Below, piece by piece: positions 20,156-31,300 of a stretch of 64,000 bases of DNA. The stretch's first letter is position 1. Every line of letters starts with the position of its first letter. The stretch covers positions 1 through 64,000 of the forward strand of contig LT642147.1 of the NCBI GenBank assembly GCA_900128585.1, read 5' to 3'. The stretch comes from Stramenopiles sp. TOSAG23-3 (lineage: Eukaryota). A program made the position numbers and the translations under genes. Below the pieces are notes generated by a model. It was not told the DNA's origin and searched no databases. It saw only the letters and a program-made list of their open reading frames with translations.

Positions 20156-21780
20156 CTAATAGCACTGGGACTCTACAAAGTCTTTGAAAGTGGAAGATGG
20201 GGCGCTGAATTTTCTTCTCGAGTGTCTTTTTGAGTCGTTCAACAACATCTTGTTTGCATTAGAATTAATTCTCTCTGCCAATTTACGTTTGGGAACTGGG
20301 CGAGTAACGATGCGCTCTTGGACCTTTGCCGAGAGGGTTGAGCGCCTCTTTATCTTTATCTTCTTTTTCGGTGTGACACGGAGTTGTTGCTTCATATTTT
20401 CGTTATCCTCTACTTCAGTGTCTGCGTCATCGTCTGAACTATTCTTCTTGATGCTTTCGCAGCGATTCAGAAACTTGCGGGCGTCTTCCGTTTTTGATTT
20501 TTTAACGTCATATGTGGCGCTATTGTGTTTCCCTTTCTTAATCAAATAGGCGTGAAATTCTAAATGGGTTAGCACCGCATCGACGACGTCCTTAGGGTAT
20601 TTCTTCATTTTTCCTCGAAGCACAGTTGCAGATATTTGTTTCCTCCTTTTACCCCCGAAAAATATATGACGTAAACTATCTTCCAGAGCGGACTGTTCTT
20701 GGGCATCTTCCATTTCGAAACCATTCTTGAACGAGTCCATCATATCATCGACCGGATTCACAGGAGTGGCAAAAGGTTGACTACTTGGAGCTTTGAATTC
20801 GGAAGTAGGAAGGATTCCAACTGGGGTTTCAGGGACTACTTGGGCCCGGCGTTCTTGTGCAACTATTTTTTTCATATCCTCGTCTGCAAGGGTGTCATCC
20901 AACAGTCGAATGTTTAGCTCTACGGAGCAATGAGGCGTTGAAAGCGTTCCAGTGGGAAACTTTACATGGTTTCCAAAGGTGGCAGAAATACCAGTCTCCT
21001 CATCAAAAAATGCTTCCGTGAACAGGGGGGCTTGGTAGCCTGAAGGCGAGTTTAAAACATTTGTTAGTAGCGCTCTCATCATTCGAACGTGAAGGGCGAA
21101 CAAAAAAGATACTTACCTGGCGGCGCCTTCTCGTTAAAATCCACTTCAAGCCTGACTGCGACAGAGTTTGGCAATGGCGAAGCAGTGTACGTCAGCGCGC
21201 TCACAGCTCGTATGACAGACGCAGTTTGTTTTTGCAAGCTTGTGTTCCAATTGATAGGGTGAACGTTTTGCTGTTCTCCCCCGCTGTTGCGGCCGTGCAT
21301 GGTAAAACGCCCGTCTTTGTCGTAGTCATACGTCATCGTGTACGATTCGAAAGTCTTCCACTCGCCGGCTTCTTTCCGATCGGTTCCACCGGCGTTTGGG
21401 CTAGTTGATTCGCCAGTGTTTTGGGCAAGCGATAGGGTTACCTCTTTGAGAAACTGCTTATCGATCATATCGTACAAACCTTTTTCAACCCACTGCAAAA
21501 ATTTGTCAGGGGGATCAATAATCTTCTTTGCAGATGCCATCGACAGCTTCGAGTGCCTGTGTCTCTCCGGGTTTGGGGTGCTTAGGACAGTGATATCGAG
21601 ATCTCCGTACTTAGTTGACCGAAAGTGTTTCGTCTCAAACAATCCTCGGTAGAAACAAATAGACGATAGAAACGCTTTTGTTCCATTTTTGACGACTTGA
21701 AGACTTTGACTGATCGTCAGAGATTCCGTGCGTTGCTGTTGCCGCGTCCGTTGCTTCTGCTTCATGCTGCTGCGTGGCAT
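20156..21780 (-). CDS. HOP1: Meiotic HORMA-domain protein (Hop1/HORMAD/ASY1); 2 exons, 21780-21117 and 21039-20156
   Basis: HORMA motifs SSICFYRGLFETKHF, LQWVEKGLYDMIDKQFL and ESYTM. Splicing a 77-nt GTAAGT..TACTAAC..CAG intron restores KAPPGYQAPLF. Winged-helix-like segment and C-terminal closure-motif-like RRKFSAP. Confidence 0.88.
21040..21116 (-). other. Spliceosomal intron in HOP1 (77 nt)
   Basis: GTAAGT donor, TACTAAC branch point, TTCAG acceptor; removal joins two HORMA ORFs in frame. Confidence 0.9.
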
Positions 21781-22617
21781 TTTGGAACGGTTGATGCGTT
21801 TCGGTGATGTATTCGCGAAGGATCTTCTGGGAAGGTTTTTAAGGGAAGTAAATAAGTGGGGTAATCGCTTGCGGTTCTTTCTTGTTGGAATCGATTTTAA
21901 TTTTTCAATTGCTTTCAGTTTCCTTTCTGTGATTTTGTATCGGGTAATAAAATGAAAACAGAAAAACTGGACTCCTCCGAATGATTCCTTCGAACTAAAG
22001 AAAGAAAGAAAACTATGCGCACAACAGTAATGCTATAATAATAATATATTTTAATTTTATCATCGACGAAGAAGAAAGAAGAAAAGAAGAAAGAAAAGAA
22101 GAAAAATTATATTTTTTTTTGATTTTTTGTGTTGTTGATGTTGTGTTGTTTGTTGTTGTATTCTTCTTCTTCTTTTTATTATAATATAATAATAATACTA
22201 GTAATATAAATAGCAGAACACAACAAGAAGCAGCAGCAGAATGAAGGAATGAATGATGATTCTTCTTTCTTTTCTTCTTCTTCTATTTATTTTATATTTC
22301 AAACTATCATCGGCATAGCAAAGGAAGTGGCTATTATTATTCTGCTAGTGGTACCGGTACCGTAGTCGAAGTAGTATTTTTGTATTACCTTGTGGTGGTC
22401 TAAAAACAACAAATTATATATAGTTTGCATGGTGTGGTCTAATAAAATACCCCCCGATAAATAGGAAACACGCCGTTCGCTTAATTCGATGTATACACTT
22501 GAATTTACTACTAAACTACCCTTGGTAAAAGGAAAAAGGTTAAAAAATAAAGTGGTGAACAAAGAACAAATTGCCAAAACAATTTTCGTGGTTCAACTAA
22601 ATTACTACAGCTTCTTT

Positions 22618-24432
22618 TTACCTTTTCCCAATCCGAGTGTAATGCTTGACCATGCGCTCTCGCAATTGGGAGGGAGTTATCCTGGCTCTATTGAGATCGG
22701 TCTTGAAAATCCAGCGTCTGGCAATAAATTCATCGAAGGATTTTATCGTCCACGAATATTTCAAAGAACTAGGTTTGGCGTTTGATATGACACGTTTGAT
22801 ATCGTTTATCTTTTCTTCTTCTTTCCAGCTGCCAATGCGCGACTTCAGGCGCGCAATTCCGCCGATTTCCGGCAGCCATCTCTGAACAGCATCGTAAGAC
22901 CATTCGGGATTTCTGTACGGCAAAGAATGTTGTTGATAGTCTTCCGAGTACCTGTTTGTTAAAGCGTGATGCAATAACTCAACAAGCGACCGCAAACGCT
23001 TGTGCTCGTAGTAACGGCCTGCATAATGCATCTCCTTCGTGAGACCATCGCTCAGACGACCTTCCCCCAGCCAACTTGAATTGCCCGCTTTCGGCTCTGC
23101 TGTGCGAATCCAGTACAGTTCGTACACGCTCTCAATCCCCCATTTTACTAATCGCTCTGCCATGTGACCTATACCATGGTAGAAAAGGAGCTTACGGAGA
23201 TCCATCTGATCCCTTAGTTTCTTCATGGCAGCATATGTACCACACCCCCATTTGCATTTCAATAGCTCTTTTGGGAAAATTTGAAACTTGTTTCCCGTGA
23301 CTACCCGGGTAACCTTTGGGTCGGGAACAACGCCAAGGGGGTTCTTCGTCGAGTGGTCTTCAAACCACGCGGAAACTTCACCAACGACGAGGCGAAAATA
23401 TTGCCGACGTTCTCCGTTCAAAACGGGCAACGATTCATGGGGCGTCTTGTCAGTCATCCAAATCATTTCACCAGCTTCCAGTAAGCGGGTTGGGGGGCCC
23501 AAGAGGCCACGACATCTTTCGATATCCCCGTGAGGACCAATGACATTTCCTGACGGATCGTTCACGTGCATGTTCCACACAGCGGTCGTATTGGCGACGT
23601 TCGATACCATAAATATACCTCCATCGATGACTTCATGTCGCATCATAAGTCCCCCACCCCAGTGATGCTCTGCCCCCGGCACAAACGTGCCCCCCCGCAC
23701 CGTTCGATGGTGTCGGCCCCAGTCGTACGCGGTGTCGGCCGACGACGCTTTATTCGGGCTTATTGGAACAGGCAGGACACCGGGCGATTCCGTGTGCAGC
23801 CCGCCGCGTCTCTGCGAGCTACCTAGAGAGCTGACTGGGCGTTCGTCTATAGTCAAGTATCCAATATGCGATGCGGGCAATTTTAGATAATCAAAACATG
23901 CCATAACAATCTCGTAGTATTGCCGGCAGCCTTCTGGTAACTCTTCTGGACCTTTCCGGACAAGATCCATGTCAATTGGCATCATATTCACGTACAAATG
24001 CTTCCCATCTCCATTTTCAGAAAAAAGCTCCTTGGCATAACTTGCACCCCCAAACTGGTAAAGGCCAGGGAATACAATCCCCTTTTTTACGATGGCGCAC
24101 GGGCAACCTGCGCACCCTGTTCTTTCTCGGGGGTAGTTAGCATTTCTGTCAAAAGTTCCAAGGAGCTGGGGAATATTTTCACCGTAAAACCGTTCGATAT
24201 GCGCTTCCCACCATTCTTCACACACAAACATCCATATGCTTCGAAGTACATCGGTATGACCTCGAAGCAACGATACGGGAGAATTTACCAAATCGATTGT
24301 TCCAAGCAGGAACGTCGTAAGGGATCGGCTCTGGTCCTCGTTGGCCATGGCGTTTTCCTCGCGTGGTGTCTTCTCATCGCTCGTCCCGAGGGCCTCCATT
24401 TTAAACAGTAGTGCTTCAAGTATCGATGCCAT
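22618..24432 (-). CDS. Uncharacterised HxE-type 2OG-Fe(II) oxygenase-like protein
   Basis: VNMMPI, YLTIDE, SQRRGGLHTESPG, GGIFMVSN, WMTDKTPHESLP and RQYFRLV give an HxE...H...R double-stranded beta-helix pattern. Confidence 0.65.
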   Translation of the reverse strand: MASILEALLFKMEALGTSDEKTPREENAMANEDQSRSLTTFLLGTIDLVNSPVSLLRGHTDVLRSIWMFVCEEWWEAHIERFYGENIPQLLGTFDRNANYPRERTGCAGCPCAIVKKGIVFPGLYQFGGASYAKELFSENGDGKHLYVNMMPIDMDLVRKGPEELPEGCRQYYEIVMACFDYLKLPASHIGYLTIDERPVSSLGSSQRRGGLHTESPGVLPVPISPNKASSADTAYDWGRHHRTVRGGTFVPGAEHHWGGGLMMRHEVIDGGIFMVSNVANTTAVWNMHVNDPSGNVIGPHGDIERCRGLLGPPTRLLEAGEMIWMTDKTPHESLPVLNGERRQYFRLVVGEVSAWFEDHSTKNPLGVVPDPKVTRVVTGNKFQIFPKELLKCKWGCGTYAAMKKLRDQMDLRKLLFYHGIGHMAERLVKWGIESVYELYWIRTAEPKAGNSSWLGEGRLSDGLTKEMHYAGRYYEHKRLRSLVELLHHALTNRYSEDYQQHSLPYRNPEWSYDAVQRWLPEIGGIARLKSRIGSWKEEEKINDIKRVISNAKPSSLKYSWTIKSFDEFIARRWIFKTDLNRARITPSQLRERMVKHYTRIGKR

Positions 24433-24663
24433 TGTATTCCTGTCGCTACATATACTATACGTCTCAGACTTGGTGAGCTAGGTTTCAATCCCTGTCTATT
24501 ATAATTAATACGACACACATTCGTACAAATTTTTGATCACGTTGGACAACATTTCGATTTAAATACCATAATATAGTAAAAGTTATTAATCATTTTTATT
24601 TAATATAATAATTATTATTATTATATCATCACAACAAAAAATAAATAAAAAAACAACACTTCA

Positions 24664-24720
24664 ACAAGAAAGAAGAAAAGAAGGAAGAAGAAAAAAAAGA
24701 AAAAGAAGAAGAAGAAAAAA
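24664..24720. repeat. GAA/A-rich polypurine tract
   Basis: Purine-only tract upstream of the minus-strand 24432 gene. Confidence 0.85.
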
Positions 24721-25287
24721 GACAAGCACTCATCTCTCCTCTTTCTTCTTCTTTTGGTCTTTTGGCTGCTATTATTTATTACTTAAATTACTTAAATATT
24801 ATTTAGAGTAAAAGAAATAAAAGAAGAAGACAAAAAAAAAAACAGAGGAGAATAGCCACACAGCACACGACCATCCTCGTATTACGTAAATATTAATACA
24901 CGCACGCACACACGCACACCAAAATATAAAAAGAAGAAGAAGAATCCGAATCAAAATCTTATTTTTCAGTTTTTAGAAAGCAGCTGCATATCGAATCTCG
25001 AAAAGAAGAAGAAGCGAATTTATTTATATTAAAAAAAAGCAACAAAAAAGAAAAAAACAAACCAACAACTACATATTAAGGACATTATAAGTAAATAGAA
25101 TAAATGATAGTTATTTATATGTAATATATATACAATATTGGATATTTAAATTATATACCTTAATTAAAGAAGTGTTCATCTCTTTCTGTAGTATCGTAGT
25201 CATCTCTACCATATTTTATTATTACAACAGAATAAATATATATGTATAAATATAACAACAACATGACATCATCGTATAATTATTATT

Positions 25288-25317
25288 TCTTTTTCTTTCT
25301 TTCGTTCTTTCTTTCGT

Positions 25318-25350
<33 letters not shown>

Positions 25351-25392
25351 TTTCTTCTTCTTCTTTTTCTTCTTCTTTCTTCTCTCTTCTTC
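25288..25392. repeat. (TTTC/TTC)n microsatellite
   Basis: T/C tract upstream of the 25601 gene. Confidence 0.9.
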
Positions 25393-25600
25393 ACTCCCCT
25401 CTTCTATTATATTTTAATAATACGCACGACGAACGATGCGAGAAAGTGTGTCTCTCTTTCCAATAATTATTGTAGAAGGTGCACTTCTTCTTCAAATGTA
25501 TTCATGCGCTTTGAACAATTGCAAGCACAGCAGCTTTTGATCTTCGAACTGCCGCGAGAAATATTACAACGTACATTCAGAAACCGAAACGAAAGAACAG

Positions 25601-26323
25601 ATGAATCGATTCACAATATTTTGCGTAGTACTCTTGGCCATCACGCAAGTGGATGATGCCCTTGGCCAAGAAAATTGCTACATGGCGCAGGTGTTCTCCG
25701 GGCGTTACTACGGGACGGATGCAGAATTAAATGACATTTCCACGTGCATAAAGATTGATTTGGAGGACAACCGAATAACATTTGAGATGGTGAAGACCTT
25801 GGCAGATGCGTTGTCTCAAACAGCACCGAAACTGAAGACGTTGAACATGAAAGACACGACCCTGACCGATGAAGGAGTAAAGTTACTTTTGGCAGCGTTA
25901 GAACATCGGCCGAACCTGAAAACGATCGATTTTTCAAACAACGACATTACCGCAACAGGGGCTGTCGAAATCTCCTCATTTCTGCGAAAGAAGGGCGTTT
26001 CCGTCGAAAACATACAGTTAGCTGTAAACTCGATAGGGGACGAAGGAGCCGTAGCGTTGGCGCAAGCATTGCAGGAGACGCCCGCAAACGCCGTGACGAC
26101 GCTCGTGCTGCGATCGAACAAGATCGGTGCCGATGGTATGAAGGCTTTTGCAGCTTACGTGCTGGAGCAGGACAACAAGAAGTTGGTGGAGTTGAATCTG
26201 AAGTACAATAAGTTTGAGAAATCTTCACTGACCTTCATTAACATGCAAAACCACATCCACGCAAATAAAGCGGCGGCGGCAGAGAAAGGCCCTTTAAAAA
26301 TAAAAAACAGCGACAGTTTATAA
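25601..26323 (+). CDS. Secreted ribonuclease-inhibitor-type leucine-rich-repeat protein
   Basis: Signal peptide MNRFTIFCVVLLAITQVDDALG; ~28-aa LRRs (LKTIDFSNNDITATGA, IQLAVNSIGDEGAVALA, LVLRSNKIGADG). Confidence 0.8.
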   Translation: MNRFTIFCVVLLAITQVDDALGQENCYMAQVFSGRYYGTDAELNDISTCIKIDLEDNRITFEMVKTLADALSQTAPKLKTLNMKDTTLTDEGVKLLLAALEHRPNLKTIDFSNNDITATGAVEISSFLRKKGVSVENIQLAVNSIGDEGAVALAQALQETPANAVTTLVLRSNKIGADGMKAFAAYVLEQDNKKLVELNLKYNKFEKSSLTFINMQNHIHANKAAAAEKGPLKIKNSDSL

Positions 26324-27083
26324 TCTGCGTTCAACGATGCTAACGCGCAGGAGGGAAATGGGCTTAGAAATCTGCAAAGAATGGCAATGCACAATTAGCA
26401 TCACAAAAAATTGCATAGAGAGTATAAAGTATAAAAAAATATGAAAAATCCTTTTTTTCTTTGGCAATCAATATATATTATTATATATTTACTTCCCATC
26501 ACCACCACACACTGTACCTTCATATTCTTTTCCTTTGTTTTCTTTCTCTTCTTCTTTGTTATTCCCTCTATATTACTTTTTTATAATGGTGTTGACCTAT
26601 AATATTAATATTAATAATACTACGTACACCAGACACCAGGCGGCGAAAAATAGTAAGGAATAATAGTAAATTATATAATTATAAAAGCAGAAGAAGAAGA
26701 AGAAAAAATCCAAAATCCAAAATCCAAAAAAGAAGAAAAAAAAAAGAGAAAGAAATATTATAACAAACAAAATAGTAGACAGACGACGACTACTAATTTT
26801 TATTTTTTTTAAATAATTTATTATAATTATTTAATAAACAACGTCATAGTAGTAAGTGTATAATAATATTAATATAGTATATGTAGAGATTTATTGAATT
26901 ACGAACCACCCTGAATGAGGAGAGGAGGAGTGGTTGATGAAAGTAATTACGCACATAAAATTGGACGAACACTTCTTTAAGACATTCGTATAATGAAACA
27001 GAACATCCATAATTATTTCTTGACACTGTGAAATATTTTACTTGGACAAGAGAGAGAGAGAGAGTTGTTTAACATTGAGTAGG

Positions 27084-27884
27084 ATGGAACCTGTTGACTC
27101 CGATGAGGACACCTCTATTCTGCTTGAAGAAGGTGCTGGGTTGGGGGATATTGAGGCTAGGCTGGAGGAAATCGACCCCGACGATGATGGCATGGACGAT
27201 AATATGTCCGAAGATGATAGTTTGATACAGGATGCTGTGAACACGAAGAATATTTCAGGGTCGTTCAAGTATCCACGGCACACACCAACGGAAGAGTTGT
27301 CCTGTATTCCGGATATGCCAGGGGGGCTTCCCCGGGTTGGACAACTGTACGTCTGTTGCACGGGCGAGGCCCGCGATGATGATGGTGGCTTGCAGCGGGA
27401 CCAAATCGGTTGGACAGTCGGCCCCTGCTGGCCTATGCTGTGCGTCACGTACTCGCTAATTATTGGCATATCTGGAATGGTCTACATTAACTATTGCCCC
27501 AATTTGCCCATTATTTTTTGGTTCGCTGGGATAGCATTGACAACCACCGTTGTAGTCGCGCTGACCAAAACTGCTTGTAGCAACCCAGGGGTTCTGCCGA
27601 GAGTAACAGAGGCGCCGGATGATACATGGCGGTGGAGTGAGAACGCGCAGTCATACTACCCGCCAGGTGCCACTTACTGCAGAGAAAGTCAGGTCATCGT
27701 TACCGATTACGACCATTTTTGTCCGTGGACTGGTACAACTATCGCGGGAGGAAACATTGGTTGGTTCGGCTGTTTTGTGTCAAGCCTGGGCGTTCTCTGT
27801 GTCTTCGTTATGTTTGTTGCCATAGGAGGCAGCGCTGTTGCGGCATCAGAATACGGAAAAACAATGACAAGCGCAAAACCGTAG
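27084..27884 (+). CDS. DHHC-like palmitoyltransferase (DHFC variant)
   Basis: VGPCWP, TACSNPGVLPR and DYDHFCPWTGTTIAGGN, flanked by TM helices. First ATG at 27084. Confidence 0.8.
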   Translation: MEPVDSDEDTSILLEEGAGLGDIEARLEEIDPDDDGMDDNMSEDDSLIQDAVNTKNISGSFKYPRHTPTEELSCIPDMPGGLPRVGQLYVCCTGEARDDDGGLQRDQIGWTVGPCWPMLCVTYSLIIGISGMVYINYCPNLPIIFWFAGIALTTTVVVALTKTACSNPGVLPRVTEAPDDTWRWSENAQSYYPPGATYCRESQVIVTDYDHFCPWTGTTIAGGNIGWFGCFVSSLGVLCVFVMFVAIGGSAVAASEYGKTMTSAKP

Positions 27885-28350
27885 TACGAAGACACTGCAA
27901 GATAAATACCGAAGCTCGCCAGTAGTGAATATTTTGCACGTCGGTGAATAAAACACTTATAACGACCATTGCACGCTCGCGTCATATCATATCTTAAAAA
28001 CTATTTTTTAAAACAAAAAACTGGCTGTCATTATATTATTTTTTAAAAACAAAAAAATGGCTGTTATTTAAAGGATAATTAAAATTAGCTTTCTCATATA
28101 CCGCGAAAATGAATCTACTCAACATTTGTCCATTAGAGGTTTACATATTTATATTTTTTTAAACATTGAAAACTTTATGGCCTCGTTTTAAACTTTGTTA
28201 AAAAATTCTTAATACAAAAACTACGCGGGTAAAAACAAAATTTCTTAGGAAGATTTTTATATAAAAATATTTAAAAAGTACAAAGTACCTACATGATCCC
28301 TTTCCGATTGTCAAGTCATACTCGATTAATTTATTTTTTTGTGTCTGACT

Positions 28351-31300
28351 CTAGAGATTCTGCCCCAGAAGCAACCCGGCTTCATCCTCAGTGTCCACGA
28401 TCTTGCTTTTACCAGAGGTACCAATAAACAGGTTCTTTCCAGCTGACTTGAGTAGAGAGTTTATAACATGCCACTGCAGCTCTTTCAAAAAATTCTGCCA
28501 CGTCAAAAGTGCAGCACTTTTGGAAAACGGGGAAACTTTCAATCTCCACGCGTTGAGATTAAGCCCTTTTGCAAACCCTTGTGCACTTACCTTGACCTGA
28601 ATTTCCCCAACTCGTGCCCGTTTAAAGTAGACAAACTGGTCTTTCGTGCCTTGCGCATCTTCCTCGTCGTCAGCTTCATTTTCATCATCGGAATTGCCTT
28701 CACTTTGGTCCTCTTCGGAGTCTTCCTCCCTCGACACCAGGGTCCCAAGCAATATTTCTTCCGCGCATAGCTCCGTCTCCTCTTCAAAGACGGCATTTGT
28801 CGCTTCTTCGCCAAAAAAAAACTGAGACAAGGCTTTGGCCACCGTGTCTGTCAATTGGACCGAGAGGAAATAATTGGTCCCAGGAAACAGCACGATCTCA
28901 ATACGATCGTATATACTCACTTCATTATTGCGGACATCTATCTGGGGCGATATGTGTGCACGAACTTCAATCAAGTTTTCAGTGGATTGCTTGCGATCTT
29001 CCAGTACGGAGCGCAGCACCATGCTCGAGTCCTCGAAGTGGATAGCGGCCAATGCACCAGGCTTCATGTCCACGATGCAAAGATTTGACACGTCAATTTT
29101 AACCTCAGTAGAAGTGTCCTCATAAAACAAATGTTCCCCGTGTACGCCTCTGATCCCTAAATCTATTGGTGGTCCGTCGTTCATGGACTGCAGCGTCCAG
29201 ACCAGCCCTTCCAACTCATAGGACAAGACAGACAACAAATTGGACTCCCCGTTTGCAGATTGCTGGTTTTCAAGTATATCTTCTACCTCGTCCACGGATA
29301 AAGCGTCCGTCGCAGCATCCTTTTCCTCATTAACTTCTGCATTTGCAGACGACGTTTTGTCGCCACCGCTGCTATTTGCCGCTTTCGGTGGTGCAAGCAG
29401 CACGTTTCGAACCACGTCTAGTATTTGATAAAACTCCGGAGATATTGTCTTCGCCTTTATGGTTTCAATTCGCAGGCGGACCCATGGCGCATAATTAGTG
29501 AATGATTGGTTTGCCAGTTGTATCTTTGGGGAAGACAATGCAAGCCGGTAAATATTTTGATCTTCACTCGATACAGCATTGGGCGCTAAGGCCCCAAGCA
29601 AGTCCCCTTCTATCGTATACGACGCTTTCTTTTCTATCGGCGTCTCCTTTGATTTCCCAGAAAGAGGGTCAGGCGAAGATTGACTTGGCGACTCCTGATT
29701 TTGGCCAAGCCATGGGTCCCGGCGCATTTCTACGTCGCCAGGGGCAACGTAAATTTCTACATTAGAGGTCTCAACGTACAGCTCGTCCATCCTCTCCTTG
29801 CCCATCAATGAACTCACTCCGTCTTCAAATTTATGGCGACCCGCCACTTCTACGCTGGGGGTCGAGAGCAACATCCCGGAGTGAGTAATGGTACTCAAAA
29901 AGTACACCTGAAGCTCGAACACCATCACTTTGTAATCATACGTAAAGTCGATGTCTTCCCACCATTTTGCTGCGACTTTGCTTCCTGCTCTACTCTTTCG
30001 TGCAACCGGGGACGGTCCCGCACTTTCAGAACTCTTGCGCCGGCGATGGAGGTTTGATGGACGGGGACCACCGAATTCCCGATGAACCGATCGTGGTGTA
30101 TTTGGCTCTGAGGTGTCATAGCTATCCTCCCTAGTCCGTCTCGTCTCTATTGAAAGAGCAGATGGCGAGTCGCTCTCTTCTTGGAATTGCCGCTTGGTCA
30201 ACAGATTTAGGAGCGACATCTCATCATGTTCAGGCTCCGTCGATAATGTTCGCTGGTGCAACATTCGATTCGTAAGCGGGGTTGACTGGGAGACCTCCAG
30301 GCGTTTTCCTTCCCCCAAAGCAAGGCCAGCATCTTCGGAGGAGGATACAGAAACCTTCTCCAAAATGGGCGATGTGGGGTCCGCATCGGCGCCACTTTCG
30401 CTGTGGCTCTCCGCAAGGCCGGTGGAGTTTCTACTGTCGCCTTGAGTACCACCATTGTTAAGGTGGTGCTCTTCCGTGACTTTTTCAAGCCCTGCGTCGT
30501 CATCGATATCACCTGGGGAGGTCCAGAGCAGATTGATCAGGTCCACAACAAGATCACGGGCGTCGACTGTCCAACGAAGGCGCCCACTTCTAATAGTTGT
30601 AATATTTGCGATATTCTCGTTGTGGTTCAAAGTCCAATACAAGGACTTTGAATCAAACACGGGTGGGTCAGTAATTGCATCGATGCGCCGGACACCAGTT
30701 GGGGTGAAGTATAGATGGGCACCCGTTAGGTCAACGTATACTTGGTTCATTTCCCCTGGCTCAAAAGAAGACATTTTATAACGCGCCGAATAAAATACCC
30801 GGAGAACGTCTGATGTTATAATCGCGTCTTGCTTTTCACCAATTGAGTCATCATCGATGGCCAAAAACACATTGCCCAGCTTCATGTCAAAACTGTAGCT
30901 CGACATGATGTACCCAATGGTAGGGATAGTTCTCGGGGGTGTTGTCCAATACGCTTCTAAAGGATCCATAAACGAATTGTAAACGTCTGTGAACCACGAA
31001 ATATGACGATGCCATTCGACCACAGCAGTCGCCGATTCCGCGCCCAAGAAAATGTCAATTTCCATTCCTTTGGCACGAAACGCGGCAAAAACATCCCTTA
31101 GTTGCTTTCCTTTCCTCAATACCTTTACCCTATGCTCATGGAGCTGCACGTAGTGGTCGAATCCCTCGGCGTCTGGGACGTGCCATACGTACCCTATGGC
31201 CAGCGCCAAGCTTTTCATCTCCACCAAGCATTGGCCAACGTCAGCTGCAGCACTGCTCGGTACAATCTTTTTCCTCTGGATGGAACCCTTTGCACTTTTG

